In this document: piece after piece, positions 9,187-17,460 of the stretch
Layout: every line of letters begins with the position of its first letter
How positions within the stretch are numbered: position 1 is the stretch's first letter
Origin: Cyanobacteriota bacterium
Lineage (GTDB): Bacteria > Acidobacteriota > Vicinamibacteria > Vicinamibacterales > UBA2999
NCBI GenBank assembly: GCA_019752015.1
Contig: JAIEMQ010000041.1
Location: 4,469 to 68,468 of the forward strand
Length of the DNA stretch: 64,000 nt
Direction of reading: 5' to 3'
Made by a program: the position numbers and the translations under genes
Notes under the pieces: generated by a model
Told to the model about the DNA's origin: nothing
The model's database searches: none
What the model saw: the letters and a program-made list of their open reading frames with translations, nothing else

Positions 9187-10332
9187 ATGACAGTTCTGGC
9201 AATGCTGACGGCGCTCGCCGTCGTTTTTGGTGCGGGGCCGGCGGCGGCACAGGGCAATCCCGCGGTCAGCAGCGTCGAGCCGTTCAAGCTCGGCACATTC
9301 GACCTCGGCGGCGAGCCCCGCATCGGCGTTGTGCTGCGCGACACGCTCGTTGTCGATCTGGTGGCGGCCAATCGCGCGCTCGAGCGCGACCCGTCATACC
9401 CGCCGCTCCCCATGCCACCGACCATGGTTGATCTGATCGGCCGCTACGAATACGGGATGAAGACCCGGCTGTATGAGATCGTCAACCATCTGGCCCGTGG
9501 CAATCGCCTGACGGGCGCCGCCCGGCCGGCGTGGGTGCACGACGTGACGTCGGTGGACGTTCTTGCACCGCTGATGCCGGGCAAGATGCTCAACGCCGCC
9601 GTGAACTTCTACACGCACGTCGGGGAAACAGGCAGCGCGGAACAACAGAAGAAGGCGGAGGCAGAACGGCGAGCCAAGCGCGGCGTCCCCTATCTCTTCC
9701 TCAAGCCCACCCGCGGCGCCGTGATCGGCGACGGTGACGACGTGGTCATTCCGTACGGCCGGGACCGGGTGGACTGGGAAGTCGAGCTTGGCATTGTCAT
9801 CGGCCGCGCCGCGCGCGATGTGCCCGCCGACAAGGCCGCGGAACACATCTTCGGCTACATGGTCACGGTGGACGTGTCCGATCGCGGCGGCCGCCCGCCT
9901 GACTCCCGGCCGGGCTCCGACTGGCTGGTCGGCAAAGGCCATGACACTTTCGCGCCGATGGGCCCGTGGATCGTGCCGAAGGAGTTCTACGGCGACCCGA
10001 TGAAGCGGTTGCGGCAGACGCTCTCTGTCGACGGCAAGGTGATGCAGGAAGCGGGCGCGTCGGACATGATCCACTCGATCTACGAGCTGATCGAGTACGG
10101 ATCGTCAATCATCACGCTCTACCCGGGCGACGTCGTCAACAACGGCACGTCCGGAGGCACCGGCATGGGACAGGCTTACCGAGGAGCCGAGCGGTTCCTC
10201 AAGCCTGGCGAAACGATGACCGCCTCGATCGAGGGCATCGGTTCGATCACGATGAACGTCGTGGCTGAAGCGCCGCCGCCCGCCGGCACCGGGTCGCGCC
10301 TGCCGCCCGTCAGCACTTACCGAAAGCAGTAG
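9187..10332 (+). CDS. Fumarylacetoacetate hydrolase (FAH) family protein with a signal peptide
   Basis: 381 aa from ATG 9187, preceded by GGAGGAGGG. FAH-fold motifs: FLKPTRGAVIGDGDDVVIP, VDWEVELGIVIGRAARDV, FGYMVTVDVSDRG and VGKGHDTFAPMGPWIVP. Confidence 0.85.
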   Translation: MTVLAMLTALAVVFGAGPAAAQGNPAVSSVEPFKLGTFDLGGEPRIGVVLRDTLVVDLVAANRALERDPSYPPLPMPPTMVDLIGRYEYGMKTRLYEIVNHLARGNRLTGAARPAWVHDVTSVDVLAPLMPGKMLNAAVNFYTHVGETGSAEQQKKAEAERRAKRGVPYLFLKPTRGAVIGDGDDVVIPYGRDRVDWEVELGIVIGRAARDVPADKAAEHIFGYMVTVDVSDRGGRPPDSRPGSDWLVGKGHDTFAPMGPWIVPKEFYGDPMKRLRQTLSVDGKVMQEAGASDMIHSIYELIEYGSSIITLYPGDVVNNGTSGGTGMGQAYRGAERFLKPGETMTASIEGIGSITMNVVAEAPPPAGTGSRLPPVSTYRKQ

Positions 10333-10540
10333 CCGGGCCCTCGATAAGAAAATTACCTGGATGCGATGGTGGGTGCGGTCGCACAGATAGAACGTCGTGA
10401 GCAAGGCAAACCGCGTGGACGATGCGACACTGAATCCACACGTGCTCGCTCGGATCTACACAGACGCCTGCCGCCGCACCAAGGATCCACTGATTTTTAA
10501 CGGCGGCTTCGGCCAATGGCGTCTACCGCAGCGTTGGTAC

Positions 10541-10570
10541 TGTTCTGTTGAGAGACCGCCCCGTTGAAGC
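10541..10570 (+). repeat. Degenerate solitary CRISPR-repeat-like sequence
   Basis: TGTTCTGTTGAGAGA-CCGCCCCGTTGAAGC was aligned by eye to repeat positions 3-36. The 5' block matches 12/15. There is a 4-nt gap where the 3' stem arm would be. The 3' block matches 13/15 and includes CCCC-TTGAAGC. Orientation is the same as in the array. Confidence 0.45.
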
Positions 10571-10666
10571 GGCTTCGTTGACCAGACGGTCGTAGGTGTC
10601 GCGCGTGGCGTGTGGTCGACGGCGGAGAACGACGTGTTCCCGAGCGCCTGACCTCTGTACCTGAGG

Positions 10667-10822
10667 ATGATTGCGCGCGATGGACGTGACCGCCAGTTGT
10701 ACGATAAACAATACAAGCTCAAGACCGAGACCAACCGCTTCATCTTGTCGAACCCCGGCGAGGACTGGACGCCGGAAGTGCCGAAGCCGGTGGCAATGAA
10801 GCCCGCGTCGACGCAGCTGTAG
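10667..10822 (+). CDS. Small hypothetical ORF (51 aa), below the ORF-track size cut-off
   Basis: Hand-translated as MIARDGRDRQLYDKQYKLKTETNRFILSNPGEDWTPEVPKPVAMKPASTQL. The composition is not low-complexity, but there is no RBS or recognisable family. It overlaps minus-strand ORFs of equally doubtful status. Confidence 0.2.
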   Translation: MIARDGRDRQLYDKQYKLKTETNRFILSNPGEDWTPEVPKPVAMKPASTQL

Positions 10823-10918
10823 CTCATTTAATCGAATCATCGATAACGATCCTTCGTTTTTTCCTGTGGAACTCCCGAGGGCAGTGCTCGTATTTGCATA
10901 ATTGGAGGGACGAACGCA

Positions 10919-11572
10919 GTGCTGAACAACGTCGGTGATGTGTTGTCGGTCGTGCTACGGGGCAGCCTGGGCCGTTCGGGACGCAAGCGCGCCCGGCGGG
11001 CCACCAAATTCCTCACCGGTCATCGCGGGTTCCTGAGCACCAGCGCGATCATCGGCGCCGCCGGTGTGGCGTGGGGCATCTACGACACGCTCAAGGCGAA
11101 GAACCAGAGCGCCATCGCCGTACCCGCGGTTCCAGGGGTTCCCACAGTTCCAGGGGTTCCAACGGTGGGTTCGGTTCCACCTATTCCGGCAGCAGTCGAG
11201 GCGGCGCTCGATCCGGTGGCGCGCATCATCCGCCTGGCGGTGTCGGCGGCGAAAGCCGACGGCACGCTGAGCGAGCAGGAGCGCGAGGTGATCATGGCCC
11301 GCGCCAGGGAAGCCGGCCTCGAGTCGATCGTTGCCGCCGAGCTCAACCAGGCGCGTCCGCTTGGCGACATCGTGCGCGGCGTGATCGATCCGGACATGAA
11401 AAAGGAACTCTACGTGCTCGCCTTTACGATCGTGCGGGCGGATGAAAGCGTGTCGGGCGCCGAGCGCATCTACCTCGCGCAGCTCGCACACCAGTTGGGT
11501 CTCGAGCCGGCCGCCGCGCAGGCGCTCGAGCAGGAGACTTCGGCGAAGATCGATTCAGAAACGGAGAACTGA
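10919..11572 (+). CDS. TerB-like / DUF533-family protein
   Basis: 217 aa. GTG start preceded by GGAGGGA. The C-terminal half (RIIRLAVSAAKADGTLSEQEREVIMARAREAGL ... LYVLAFTIVRADESVSGAERIYLAQLAHQLGL) shows the paired-helix TerB/DUF533 pattern. Confidence 0.75.
   Translation: MLNNVGDVLSVVLRGSLGRSGRKRARRATKFLTGHRGFLSTSAIIGAAGVAWGIYDTLKAKNQSAIAVPAVPGVPTVPGVPTVGSVPPIPAAVEAALDPVARIIRLAVSAAKADGTLSEQEREVIMARAREAGLESIVAAELNQARPLGDIVRGVIDPDMKKELYVLAFTIVRADESVSGAERIYLAQLAHQLGLEPAAAQALEQETSAKIDSETEN
11128..11178 (+). repeat. In-frame 9-nt-periodic GGTTCC array inside the TerB-like CDS, encoding a (VPx)n linker
   Basis: GGTTCC or a near-copy occurs at 11128, 11137, 11146 (AGTTCC), 11155, 11164 (degenerate) and 11173. 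The peptide is AVPGVPTVPGVPTVGSVPP. Confidence 0.85.
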
Positions 11573-11575
11573 CAC

Positions 11576-12625
11576 ATGGACGGCTCGAACCAGTGGTACA
11601 TGGCCATCGGCGGCCATCAGGTGGGACCGGTCAGCCAGCAGGAGATCATCACCAACCTGCAGAACGGCAGCATCGACGCGGAGACGCTGGTGTTTTCCGC
11701 GGGCATGAGTCAGTGGCAGAAGGTCAAGGACGTGCCCGCCTTCGCGGTCTATGTGAGAGGCTCGGCCGCTGCGGCGGGACCCGCCCCTGGCGCGTTCGTG
11801 CCGCCGCCGGCGCCGGGCCGCCGCTCGCACGACATCGACTTCGAGATCCACGGTAACGAAATGCAGTTCGTCGAAGTCGCGCTCGATCCGGGTGAAGGCG
11901 CCGTCGCTGAAGCCGGCTCGATGATGTACATGACGCAGGGCATCAACATGGAGACGGTGTTCGGCGACGGCAGCCAGCAGCGTCCGGCCGGTGTGATGGA
12001 TGCGCTGCTCGGCGCCGGCAAGCGTCTGCTGACGGGTGAGAGCCTGTTCATGACGGTCTTCACCAATGCCGCCGGTGGCGGCAAGGCGAAGGTCGCCTTC
12101 GGCGCACCGTACCCCGGCAAGATCATCCCGATGGATCTGCGCGCGCTCGGCGGGCATCTCGTCTGCCAGAAGGACTCGTTCCTCTGCGCCGCGCGCGGCG
12201 TATCGGTCGGCATCGCGTTCCAGAAGAAGCTCGGCGTCGGCCTGTTCGGCGGCGAGGGCTTCATCATGCAGAAGCTCGAAGGCGACGGCCTGTGCTTCGT
12301 GCACGCCGGCGGCACGATCCATCACTTCGATCTCGCCGCCGGTGAGACGATGCGCGTCGACACCGGATGTCTCGTGGCGCTGCAACCCAGCGTCAACTAC
12401 GACATTCAATTCGTCGGCGGCATCAAGACGGCGTTGTTCGGCGGCGAAGGCATTTTCTTCGCCACGCTGCAGGGGCCCGGCCGCGTCTGGCTGCAGTCGC
12501 TGCCGCTGAGCCGTATGGCCGATCGCATCTACTCCGCGGCGCCGCAGAGCAAGGGCTGGCGCAAGGAAGAGGGCTCGATTCTCGATCGCGTCGGCGGCCT
12601 CGGCGATCTGATCGACGGACGATGA
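11576..12625 (+). CDS. GYF_2 (DUF4339) domain fused to an AIM24/TIGR00266-family domain
   Basis: 349 aa. The N-terminus WYMAIGGHQVGPVSQQEIITNLQNGSIDAETLVFSAGMSQWQKVKDVP is GYF_2-like. The remainder (IDFEIHGNEMQFVEVALDPGEGAVAEAGSMMYM ... VWLQSLPLSRMADRI) is AIM24/DUF124-like. Confidence 0.8.
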   Translation: MDGSNQWYMAIGGHQVGPVSQQEIITNLQNGSIDAETLVFSAGMSQWQKVKDVPAFAVYVRGSAAAAGPAPGAFVPPPAPGRRSHDIDFEIHGNEMQFVEVALDPGEGAVAEAGSMMYMTQGINMETVFGDGSQQRPAGVMDALLGAGKRLLTGESLFMTVFTNAAGGGKAKVAFGAPYPGKIIPMDLRALGGHLVCQKDSFLCAARGVSVGIAFQKKLGVGLFGGEGFIMQKLEGDGLCFVHAGGTIHHFDLAAGETMRVDTGCLVALQPSVNYDIQFVGGIKTALFGGEGIFFATLQGPGRVWLQSLPLSRMADRIYSAAPQSKGWRKEEGSILDRVGGLGDLIDGR

Positions 12626-12629
12626 CGGC

Positions 12630-12662
12630 CACAGATTAGACACAGATTGGACGCAGAGGGTT
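12630..12662 (+). repeat. Tandem 11-mer array CACAGATTAGA / CACAGATTGGA / CGCAGAGGGTT filling the stop-to-start spacer
   Basis: Read directly. The upstream stop is at 12623-12625 and the next ORF starts at 12661. Confidence 0.85.
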
Positions 12663-13080
12663 GGTGGTGAAGCAGGGCGGGTGGACGTGCAAGCGGTGCG
12701 GGCGGCAGTTCGCGAATGCGAACCAGAACCACTCCTGCAAGCCGCCCGTGCCGATCGCGACGCACTTCGAGGGTCGTCCGCCATGGATGCGAACGGCCTT
12801 CGACGCCATCGCCAACAAGCTCGGGAAAGCCATTCGCGTCGACGGCGTGGCGAAGGGCATTCACTTCGCCGCGCGCTCGACTTTCGCCGGCATCATCACC
12901 ACCAAAGAGAAAATGCGCATCGAGTTCCTGCTCGATCGCGTCGTCAAGAGTCCGCGTGTCTTTAAAATAGAGAAGCTAGGCCCGACGCGCATCGCGCATC
13001 ATGTCGAGCTGACGGACGCCGGCGGTGCCGATGCCGAGCTGATCGATTGGCGGAAGCGGTCTCGTGACGGCCACTCGTGA
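12661..13080 (+). CDS. DUF5655-like protein with an N-terminal CxxC...HxC zinc-ribbon-like motif
   Basis: 139 aa. WTCKRCGRQFANANQNHSC, then a pattern typical of DUF5655 proteins (IHFAARSTFAGIITTKEKMRIEFLL...). The start codon is non-ATG (TTG/GTG cluster), so the exact start is uncertain. Confidence 0.65.
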   Translation: MVVKQGGWTCKRCGRQFANANQNHSCKPPVPIATHFEGRPPWMRTAFDAIANKLGKAIRVDGVAKGIHFAARSTFAGIITTKEKMRIEFLLDRVVKSPRVFKIEKLGPTRIAHHVELTDAGGADAELIDWRKRSRDGHS

Positions 13081-13083
13081 AGC

Positions 13084-13488
13084 GTGGCGGGTGATCCGTC
13101 GATGACCCCGCCGTCGTTCGAGCTCTGGCTGGAATGGGAAACCGGCGACGCCCTTCGAGCAGCTGCTCCGAAAATATTTCGACGGCCGGGCCGATCAGAG
13201 GACTCTGGACCTGCTCAAATGATGTTTGCCAGGGCCTTGCGTGACGGCGTCAAGCGTGGCCGGATTCGATCGAGCGTTCGCATCTGGCAAAGCCCGCGCG
13301 TGAAGGTCGGCAACAAGTACGCGATAGACGACGGGCACATCGTGATCGACTCGATCGACAAGATCACGCGCAAGCAGATCACCTACGACCTGGCGAGGTG
13401 CGCTTTCACTACCGGCCCGCAGGTGCGTGGGACACGCCGCCGAAATAAGTACTCGCAGAAGGCACAGAAGCCGGCCAATGTGACATGA
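13084..13488 (+). CDS. ASCH/PUA-like domain protein with an atypical C-terminus
   Basis: 134 aa. The core RIRSSVRIWQSPRVKVGNKYAIDDGHIVIDSIDKI resembles ASCH domains. The basic tail (RGTRRRNKYSQKAQK) does not look like the family. Confidence 0.45.
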   Translation: MAGDPSMTPPSFELWLEWETGDALRAAAPKIFRRPGRSEDSGPAQMMFARALRDGVKRGRIRSSVRIWQSPRVKVGNKYAIDDGHIVIDSIDKITRKQITYDLARCAFTTGPQVRGTRRRNKYSQKAQKPANVT

Positions 13489-13495
13489 TGCTCTG

Positions 13496-13981
13496 ATGAC
13501 AAGATTCTTGCGCGTGGCGATGTTGTCGGTGATCGTGATGCCGTCGCCAGCCTGGGCGCAGGATGCGGCGGCGGAAACGGCGATTCGCGGCATCGTTGCC
13601 GAGCAGGCCGACGCCTGGAATGCCGGCGACGGCGCCCGATATGCGAGCCGGCTCGCGCCCGACTCCTCCTTCACCAATATTTTCGGGATGGTGATGTACG
13701 GCGCGCCGGCGTTCGTGAAACGCCATCAGGAAATCCTGGCAACGTTCTACAAGGGCACCACGAAAAAACACGTCGTGCGCAAGATTCGCTTCGTCACACC
13801 CGATGTCGCGCTCGTCGACATCGACAACGAGGTGCGCGGCGTCAAGGCGATGCCCGCCGGCATTCCAGTGCCGTCCGACGGCATCATCAAGACCCAGTTA
13901 ATGGAAGTGTTCGTCCGTCGAAACGGGCAATGGTGGATCGAGGCGTACCACAACGTCGACACCAAGCGGTCAACGCCCTAG
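13496..13981 (+). CDS. SgcJ/EcaC-family (SnoaL-like, NTF2-fold) protein, secreted
   Basis: 161 aa. Signal peptide. AIRGIVAEQADAWNAGDGARYASRLAPDSSFTNIFG and a C-terminal WWIEAYHN are typical of DUF4440/SgcJ proteins. Confidence 0.8.
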   Translation: MTRFLRVAMLSVIVMPSPAWAQDAAAETAIRGIVAEQADAWNAGDGARYASRLAPDSSFTNIFGMVMYGAPAFVKRHQEILATFYKGTTKKHVVRKIRFVTPDVALVDIDNEVRGVKAMPAGIPVPSDGIIKTQLMEVFVRRNGQWWIEAYHNVDTKRSTP

Positions 13982-14016
13982 AAGGTCGGCCCGCAACTAA
14001 GGTACGATTGCCCTTC

Positions 14017-14916
14017 ATGCGCCCGGTCTTCAGATCGGTGATTTCTGTGCTTTCTGTGGCCCTGGTGTTTGTGGCTGTGCCTTCCGCGGCGCAGCTTCGG
14101 ACCGCCTACCCTGAGAAGCGCGGCCTCAAACGTTCCGAGTTTCCGCGGACGATCAAGCTCGCCGAAAACGTCTACGGCTACGAGGACATCCGCAATCCCG
14201 GGTTCACGACCGTCAGCCTGTTTGTCGTCGGCAACGACGGCGTGCTGCTGGCCGATGGACAGGGAAGCCCCGAAGCAACGAAGAAGCTGCTCGACGCGAT
14301 CGCCAGGGTCACGCCCAAGCCGGTGAAGTGGTACGTCGTCGGCTCGGATCACGGCGATCACACTGCGGGCAATCCGGTGCTGTCGAAAGACATCAAGTTC
14401 ATCGTCACGCCGTTTTCGAAGACGCAAATGAAGCTCGATGCGCCCGCGATGATTGGCGATCGCCAGGTGATCGACATCGGCGGCATCGAAGTGCAGGCGC
14501 TCTATCTCGGCCGCGCGCATACCGGCGGCGACCTGCTTCTCTATCTGCCGAAGCAGAAGATCCTCTTCATGAGCGAGGTCTATCTCAATCGCGTTTTCCC
14601 GGCGATGCGCTCCGCCTATCCATCGGAGTGGCTCAGCGTCATCAACCGGGCGTTGCAGATGGATGTCGAGCGCTATGTCCCCGGCCACGGCTTCATCGAG
14701 GAGCCGAACGCCTCGCGCGAAGAGCTGGTCGAATATCAGAAGGCAATGCGTGCGGTGATCGCCGAGGTCAACCGTCTTCACAAGCTGGGCCTGTCGGCAG
14801 ACGATGCGGCGAAGCAGGCGGAGTGGGGACCGTACAAGGAGTGGTTTCTCGTCGAGCAGCAAGGCCCAATCGCGGTGCGCAAGATCTACGAAGAGATCGA
14901 AGGGAAACTCAAATAG
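14017..14916 (+). CDS. MBL-fold metallo-hydrolase, secreted
   Basis: Start set at ATG 14017 because the upstream extension overlaps the previous gene. Signal peptide VALVFVAVPSAAQ. Metal-binding segment VVGSDHGDHTAGN, later GRAHTGGDLLLYLP and PGHG. Confidence 0.8.
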   Translation: MRPVFRSVISVLSVALVFVAVPSAAQLRTAYPEKRGLKRSEFPRTIKLAENVYGYEDIRNPGFTTVSLFVVGNDGVLLADGQGSPEATKKLLDAIARVTPKPVKWYVVGSDHGDHTAGNPVLSKDIKFIVTPFSKTQMKLDAPAMIGDRQVIDIGGIEVQALYLGRAHTGGDLLLYLPKQKILFMSEVYLNRVFPAMRSAYPSEWLSVINRALQMDVERYVPGHGFIEEPNASREELVEYQKAMRAVIAEVNRLHKLGLSADDAAKQAEWGPYKEWFLVEQQGPIAVRKIYEEIEGKLK

Positions 14917-14918
14917 CC

Positions 14919-15341
14919 ATGGCTGAACAATCCTTTGCCAGTCACACGCATCGTCCGACGGAAACCGGCGTGCTCTGGGCGCTGTCGATGGTGGCGCTCG
15001 TCCTGATCGTCCAGCAGTTCCGCGGCGCCGAGACGCGCGACTGGGCGATCCTGGCGTTGACGCTCGCGATGTTCCTGGTCGGCTGGATCAGCCGCGCCTA
15101 CATCGTGCGGCTGCAGGACCGCATCATCCTGCTGGAGATGAAAGTGCGCGCGGCCGAAGTGTTGCCGGCGGGCCAGGATGCGGCGCTCGCCAAGCTCACC
15201 AAGCAGCAGATCGTCGCGTTGCGCTTCGCGCCGGACGACGAGCTGGGCCCGCTGCTGGAGCGCGCGGCGCGCGAGAACCTGGCGCCGAAGGACATCAAGG
15301 CGGCGGTGAAGAACTGGCGCGCCGATCACTACCGCACCTAA
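14919..15341 (+). CDS. Hypothetical small membrane protein (two predicted TM helices)
   Basis: 140 aa from ATG 14919. Hydrophobic segments VLWALSMVALVLIVQQF and WAILALTLAMFLVGWI. The longer ORF 14328..15341 is an out-of-context extension over the MBL gene. Confidence 0.65.
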   Translation: MAEQSFASHTHRPTETGVLWALSMVALVLIVQQFRGAETRDWAILALTLAMFLVGWISRAYIVRLQDRIILLEMKVRAAEVLPAGQDAALAKLTKQQIVALRFAPDDELGPLLERAARENLAPKDIKAAVKNWRADHYRT

Positions 15342-15355
15342 TCGAAAGCCTCGCG

Positions 15356-15589
15356 GTGACGCCGGAAGAACAACAGGAAGTGCGCCGCCTGATCGACGCA
15401 CACGAGCACACGCTGCAGGTCTGCAAGGCGTGCGCGGAAACCACCCGCGACCTGGCGTGGGAAGTGAAACGCGGCAGCGTCCCGTCCGCCGAGTCACTGG
15501 CCGCGACGCTCGCCGAAGTCGAGCGCGTGCTCGAGGACATTGGCAAAGTGGAAATCGCCATTGCTGAAATGAAAGCGGCGCTCTGGTGA
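15356..15589 (+). CDS. Hypothetical 77-aa protein, translationally coupled to the PAS kinase
   Basis: GTG start. Helical-looking sequence with a CKAC pair. The stop overlaps the GTG start of the next gene (GTGA). Confidence 0.45.
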   Translation: MTPEEQQEVRRLIDAHEHTLQVCKACAETTRDLAWEVKRGSVPSAESLAATLAEVERVLEDIGKVEIAIAEMKAALW

Positions 15590-17460
15590 GCGACGCGCCG
15601 TCCGCCGATCGTCTCGGCGAGCTCGTCAACTTCAGCGTCGACGCCATTGTCCTGGTCGACGCCGACGGCGTGATCCAGTGGGCGAATGCGGCGACGCGAG
15701 AAGTGCTGGGCTATCTCCCAGATGACATCGCCGGTGTGCATGTGCGCGATCTGGTCGAGCCGATCGATCGCGATGCGTGGCAGGCGCTGGTCGCCAGGCT
15801 GTTCGACGATCCCGCAACGCCGGTGCGAGGCACGTTCCGCTGCCGGCACAAGGATGGATCGGTGCTGTGGACCGAGGGCGTGGCCCGCAATCTTCTCCAG
15901 GAGCCGCGCGTCGGCGGCATCGTCGTGTATTACCGCGATGTCACGACGCGCAAGGCGACCGAGCAGCAGCTCAAAGACACGGAAGATCGATACGGCCACT
16001 TGTTCTCATCGGCGGCCGACGTGATCTTCGAGGCCGATGCGGAGGGCTACTTCCGCTTCGTCAATCCGCAGACGCTGCGGCTGTTCGAATTCCAGCAGGA
16101 CGAAGTGATTGGGCGGCGCTTCACCGAGTTCATTCGCGCCGACTATCGCCCGCAGATTCTCCAGCATTACTACCGTCAGACGTCGGAGCGGCGGTTGAAC
16201 TCGTACATCGAGTTTCCGGCAATCACCAGGTCGGGCAAGGAAGTGTGGCTCGGCCAGAACGCGTGGATCATCACCGACGCCTCCGGCAAGCTGGTCGGCA
16301 TGCAGGCGGTCGCGCGCGACATTACCGAGCGCCGCAAGGGAGAAGACGCGCTCCGCACCGCCGAAGCGAAGTATCGCGCTCTCGTCGAGCAGTCGTTGAT
16401 GGGTGTCTACATCATGCAGCACGGGCGGCTCGTGTACGTCAATCCGAAGGCCGCCGACCTGCTCGGGTATACGCAGCAGGAGCTGATCGATTCGCCGACG
16501 CCGTTTGAATTCGTGCACGAGCAGGATCGCGCCTTCGTGCAGGACCAGCTGGCGCGCCTCGATCCCGAGCGCGGGCCGAGCGTGCAGCTGGCGGTGCGCG
16601 GCGTCCGCAAGGACGGCGAGGTGATCCAGGTCGAAGCGTTCTGCTGCGTGACGGAATTCGGCAACCAGCGCGCGATCCTCACGACCGTTCACGACATCAG
16701 CGATCGCGTGAAGCTCGAGGACCAGCTGCGCCAGGCGCAGAAGATGGAAGCGGTCGGGCGGCTCGCCGCCGGCATCGCGCACGACTTCAACAACCTGCTG
16801 ACCGCGATCCGCGGCAACGCGGAGCTGATGTCGCATCGCGTCAAGAAGGATCCGGCGATGGCCGCGGAAGTCGACGAGATCCTGCACGCCGCCGATCGAG
16901 CGGCGTCGTTGACACGCCAGCTGCTGGCGTTCAGCCGCAAGCAGGTGTTGCAGCCGGTCGCGCTCGATCTCAACGAGATCGTCGGCGGCGTGTCGCGGAT
17001 GGCGCGGCGCCTGATCGGCACCGACGTGCAGCTGCGTCTCGATCTGGCGCGAACGGTCCATCAGGTGATGGCCGATCCCGCGCAGGTGGAGCAGGTCCTG
17101 CTCAATCTGATCGTCAACGCCCGCGACGCGATGCCGTCAGGCGGCACCATCACCGTGCAGACCGGCAACGTCCGTCTCGAAGCGAACGCGACCGAAATCG
17201 TCCAGGCCGGCATCGCGCCGGGCGCCTTCGTGATGATGGCGGTCACCGACGACGGCATCGGCATGGATCAGGCGACGCAGGCACGCATCTTCGAACCGTT
17301 TTTCACGACGAAGGAAACCGGCCGTGGCACCGGTCTCGGGCTCTCGACCGTCTACGGCATCGTCCGCCAGACCGGCGGCGCGATCACCGTCAAGAGTGAG
17401 CGCGGCAAGGGCGCGAGCTTCATGGTCTACCTGCCGGCCGTCACGGGAGAACCGCAGTGA
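15586..17460 (+). CDS. Cytoplasmic multi-PAS sensor histidine kinase
   Basis: 624 aa. Three PAS-like modules (for example RDITERRKGEDALRTAEAKYRALVEQS linkers). H-box AAGIAHDFNNLLTAI. ATPase boxes LNLIVNARDAM, DDGIGMD and GTGLGLSTVYGIV. Confidence 0.9.
   Translation: MSDAPSADRLGELVNFSVDAIVLVDADGVIQWANAATREVLGYLPDDIAGVHVRDLVEPIDRDAWQALVARLFDDPATPVRGTFRCRHKDGSVLWTEGVARNLLQEPRVGGIVVYYRDVTTRKATEQQLKDTEDRYGHLFSSAADVIFEADAEGYFRFVNPQTLRLFEFQQDEVIGRRFTEFIRADYRPQILQHYYRQTSERRLNSYIEFPAITRSGKEVWLGQNAWIITDASGKLVGMQAVARDITERRKGEDALRTAEAKYRALVEQSLMGVYIMQHGRLVYVNPKAADLLGYTQQELIDSPTPFEFVHEQDRAFVQDQLARLDPERGPSVQLAVRGVRKDGEVIQVEAFCCVTEFGNQRAILTTVHDISDRVKLEDQLRQAQKMEAVGRLAAGIAHDFNNLLTAIRGNAELMSHRVKKDPAMAAEVDEILHAADRAASLTRQLLAFSRKQVLQPVALDLNEIVGGVSRMARRLIGTDVQLRLDLARTVHQVMADPAQVEQVLLNLIVNARDAMPSGGTITVQTGNVRLEANATEIVQAGIAPGAFVMMAVTDDGIGMDQATQARIFEPFFTTKETGRGTGLGLSTVYGIVRQTGGAITVKSERGKGASFMVYLPAVTGEPQ

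Noticed and set aside
10634-10670. Possible second degenerate CRISPR repeat (GTGTTCCCGAGCGCCTGACC...) 63 nt after the first
   Set aside because: Only the first 7-8 nt resemble the repeat, and the spacing is not spacer-like. This is indistinguishable from chance.
11555-12784. 409-aa minus-strand ORF
   Set aside because: It is antisense to the GYF-AIM24 gene, which has clear family motifs. Shadow ORF.
13084-13488. Possible internal deletion or frameshift in the ASCH-like gene (an alternative frame after DLAR reads GEVRFHYRP, like the usual family C-terminus)
   Set aside because: It rests on a 9-residue resemblance recalled from memory and cannot be supported without an alignment. The gene is kept as a CDS with reduced confidence.
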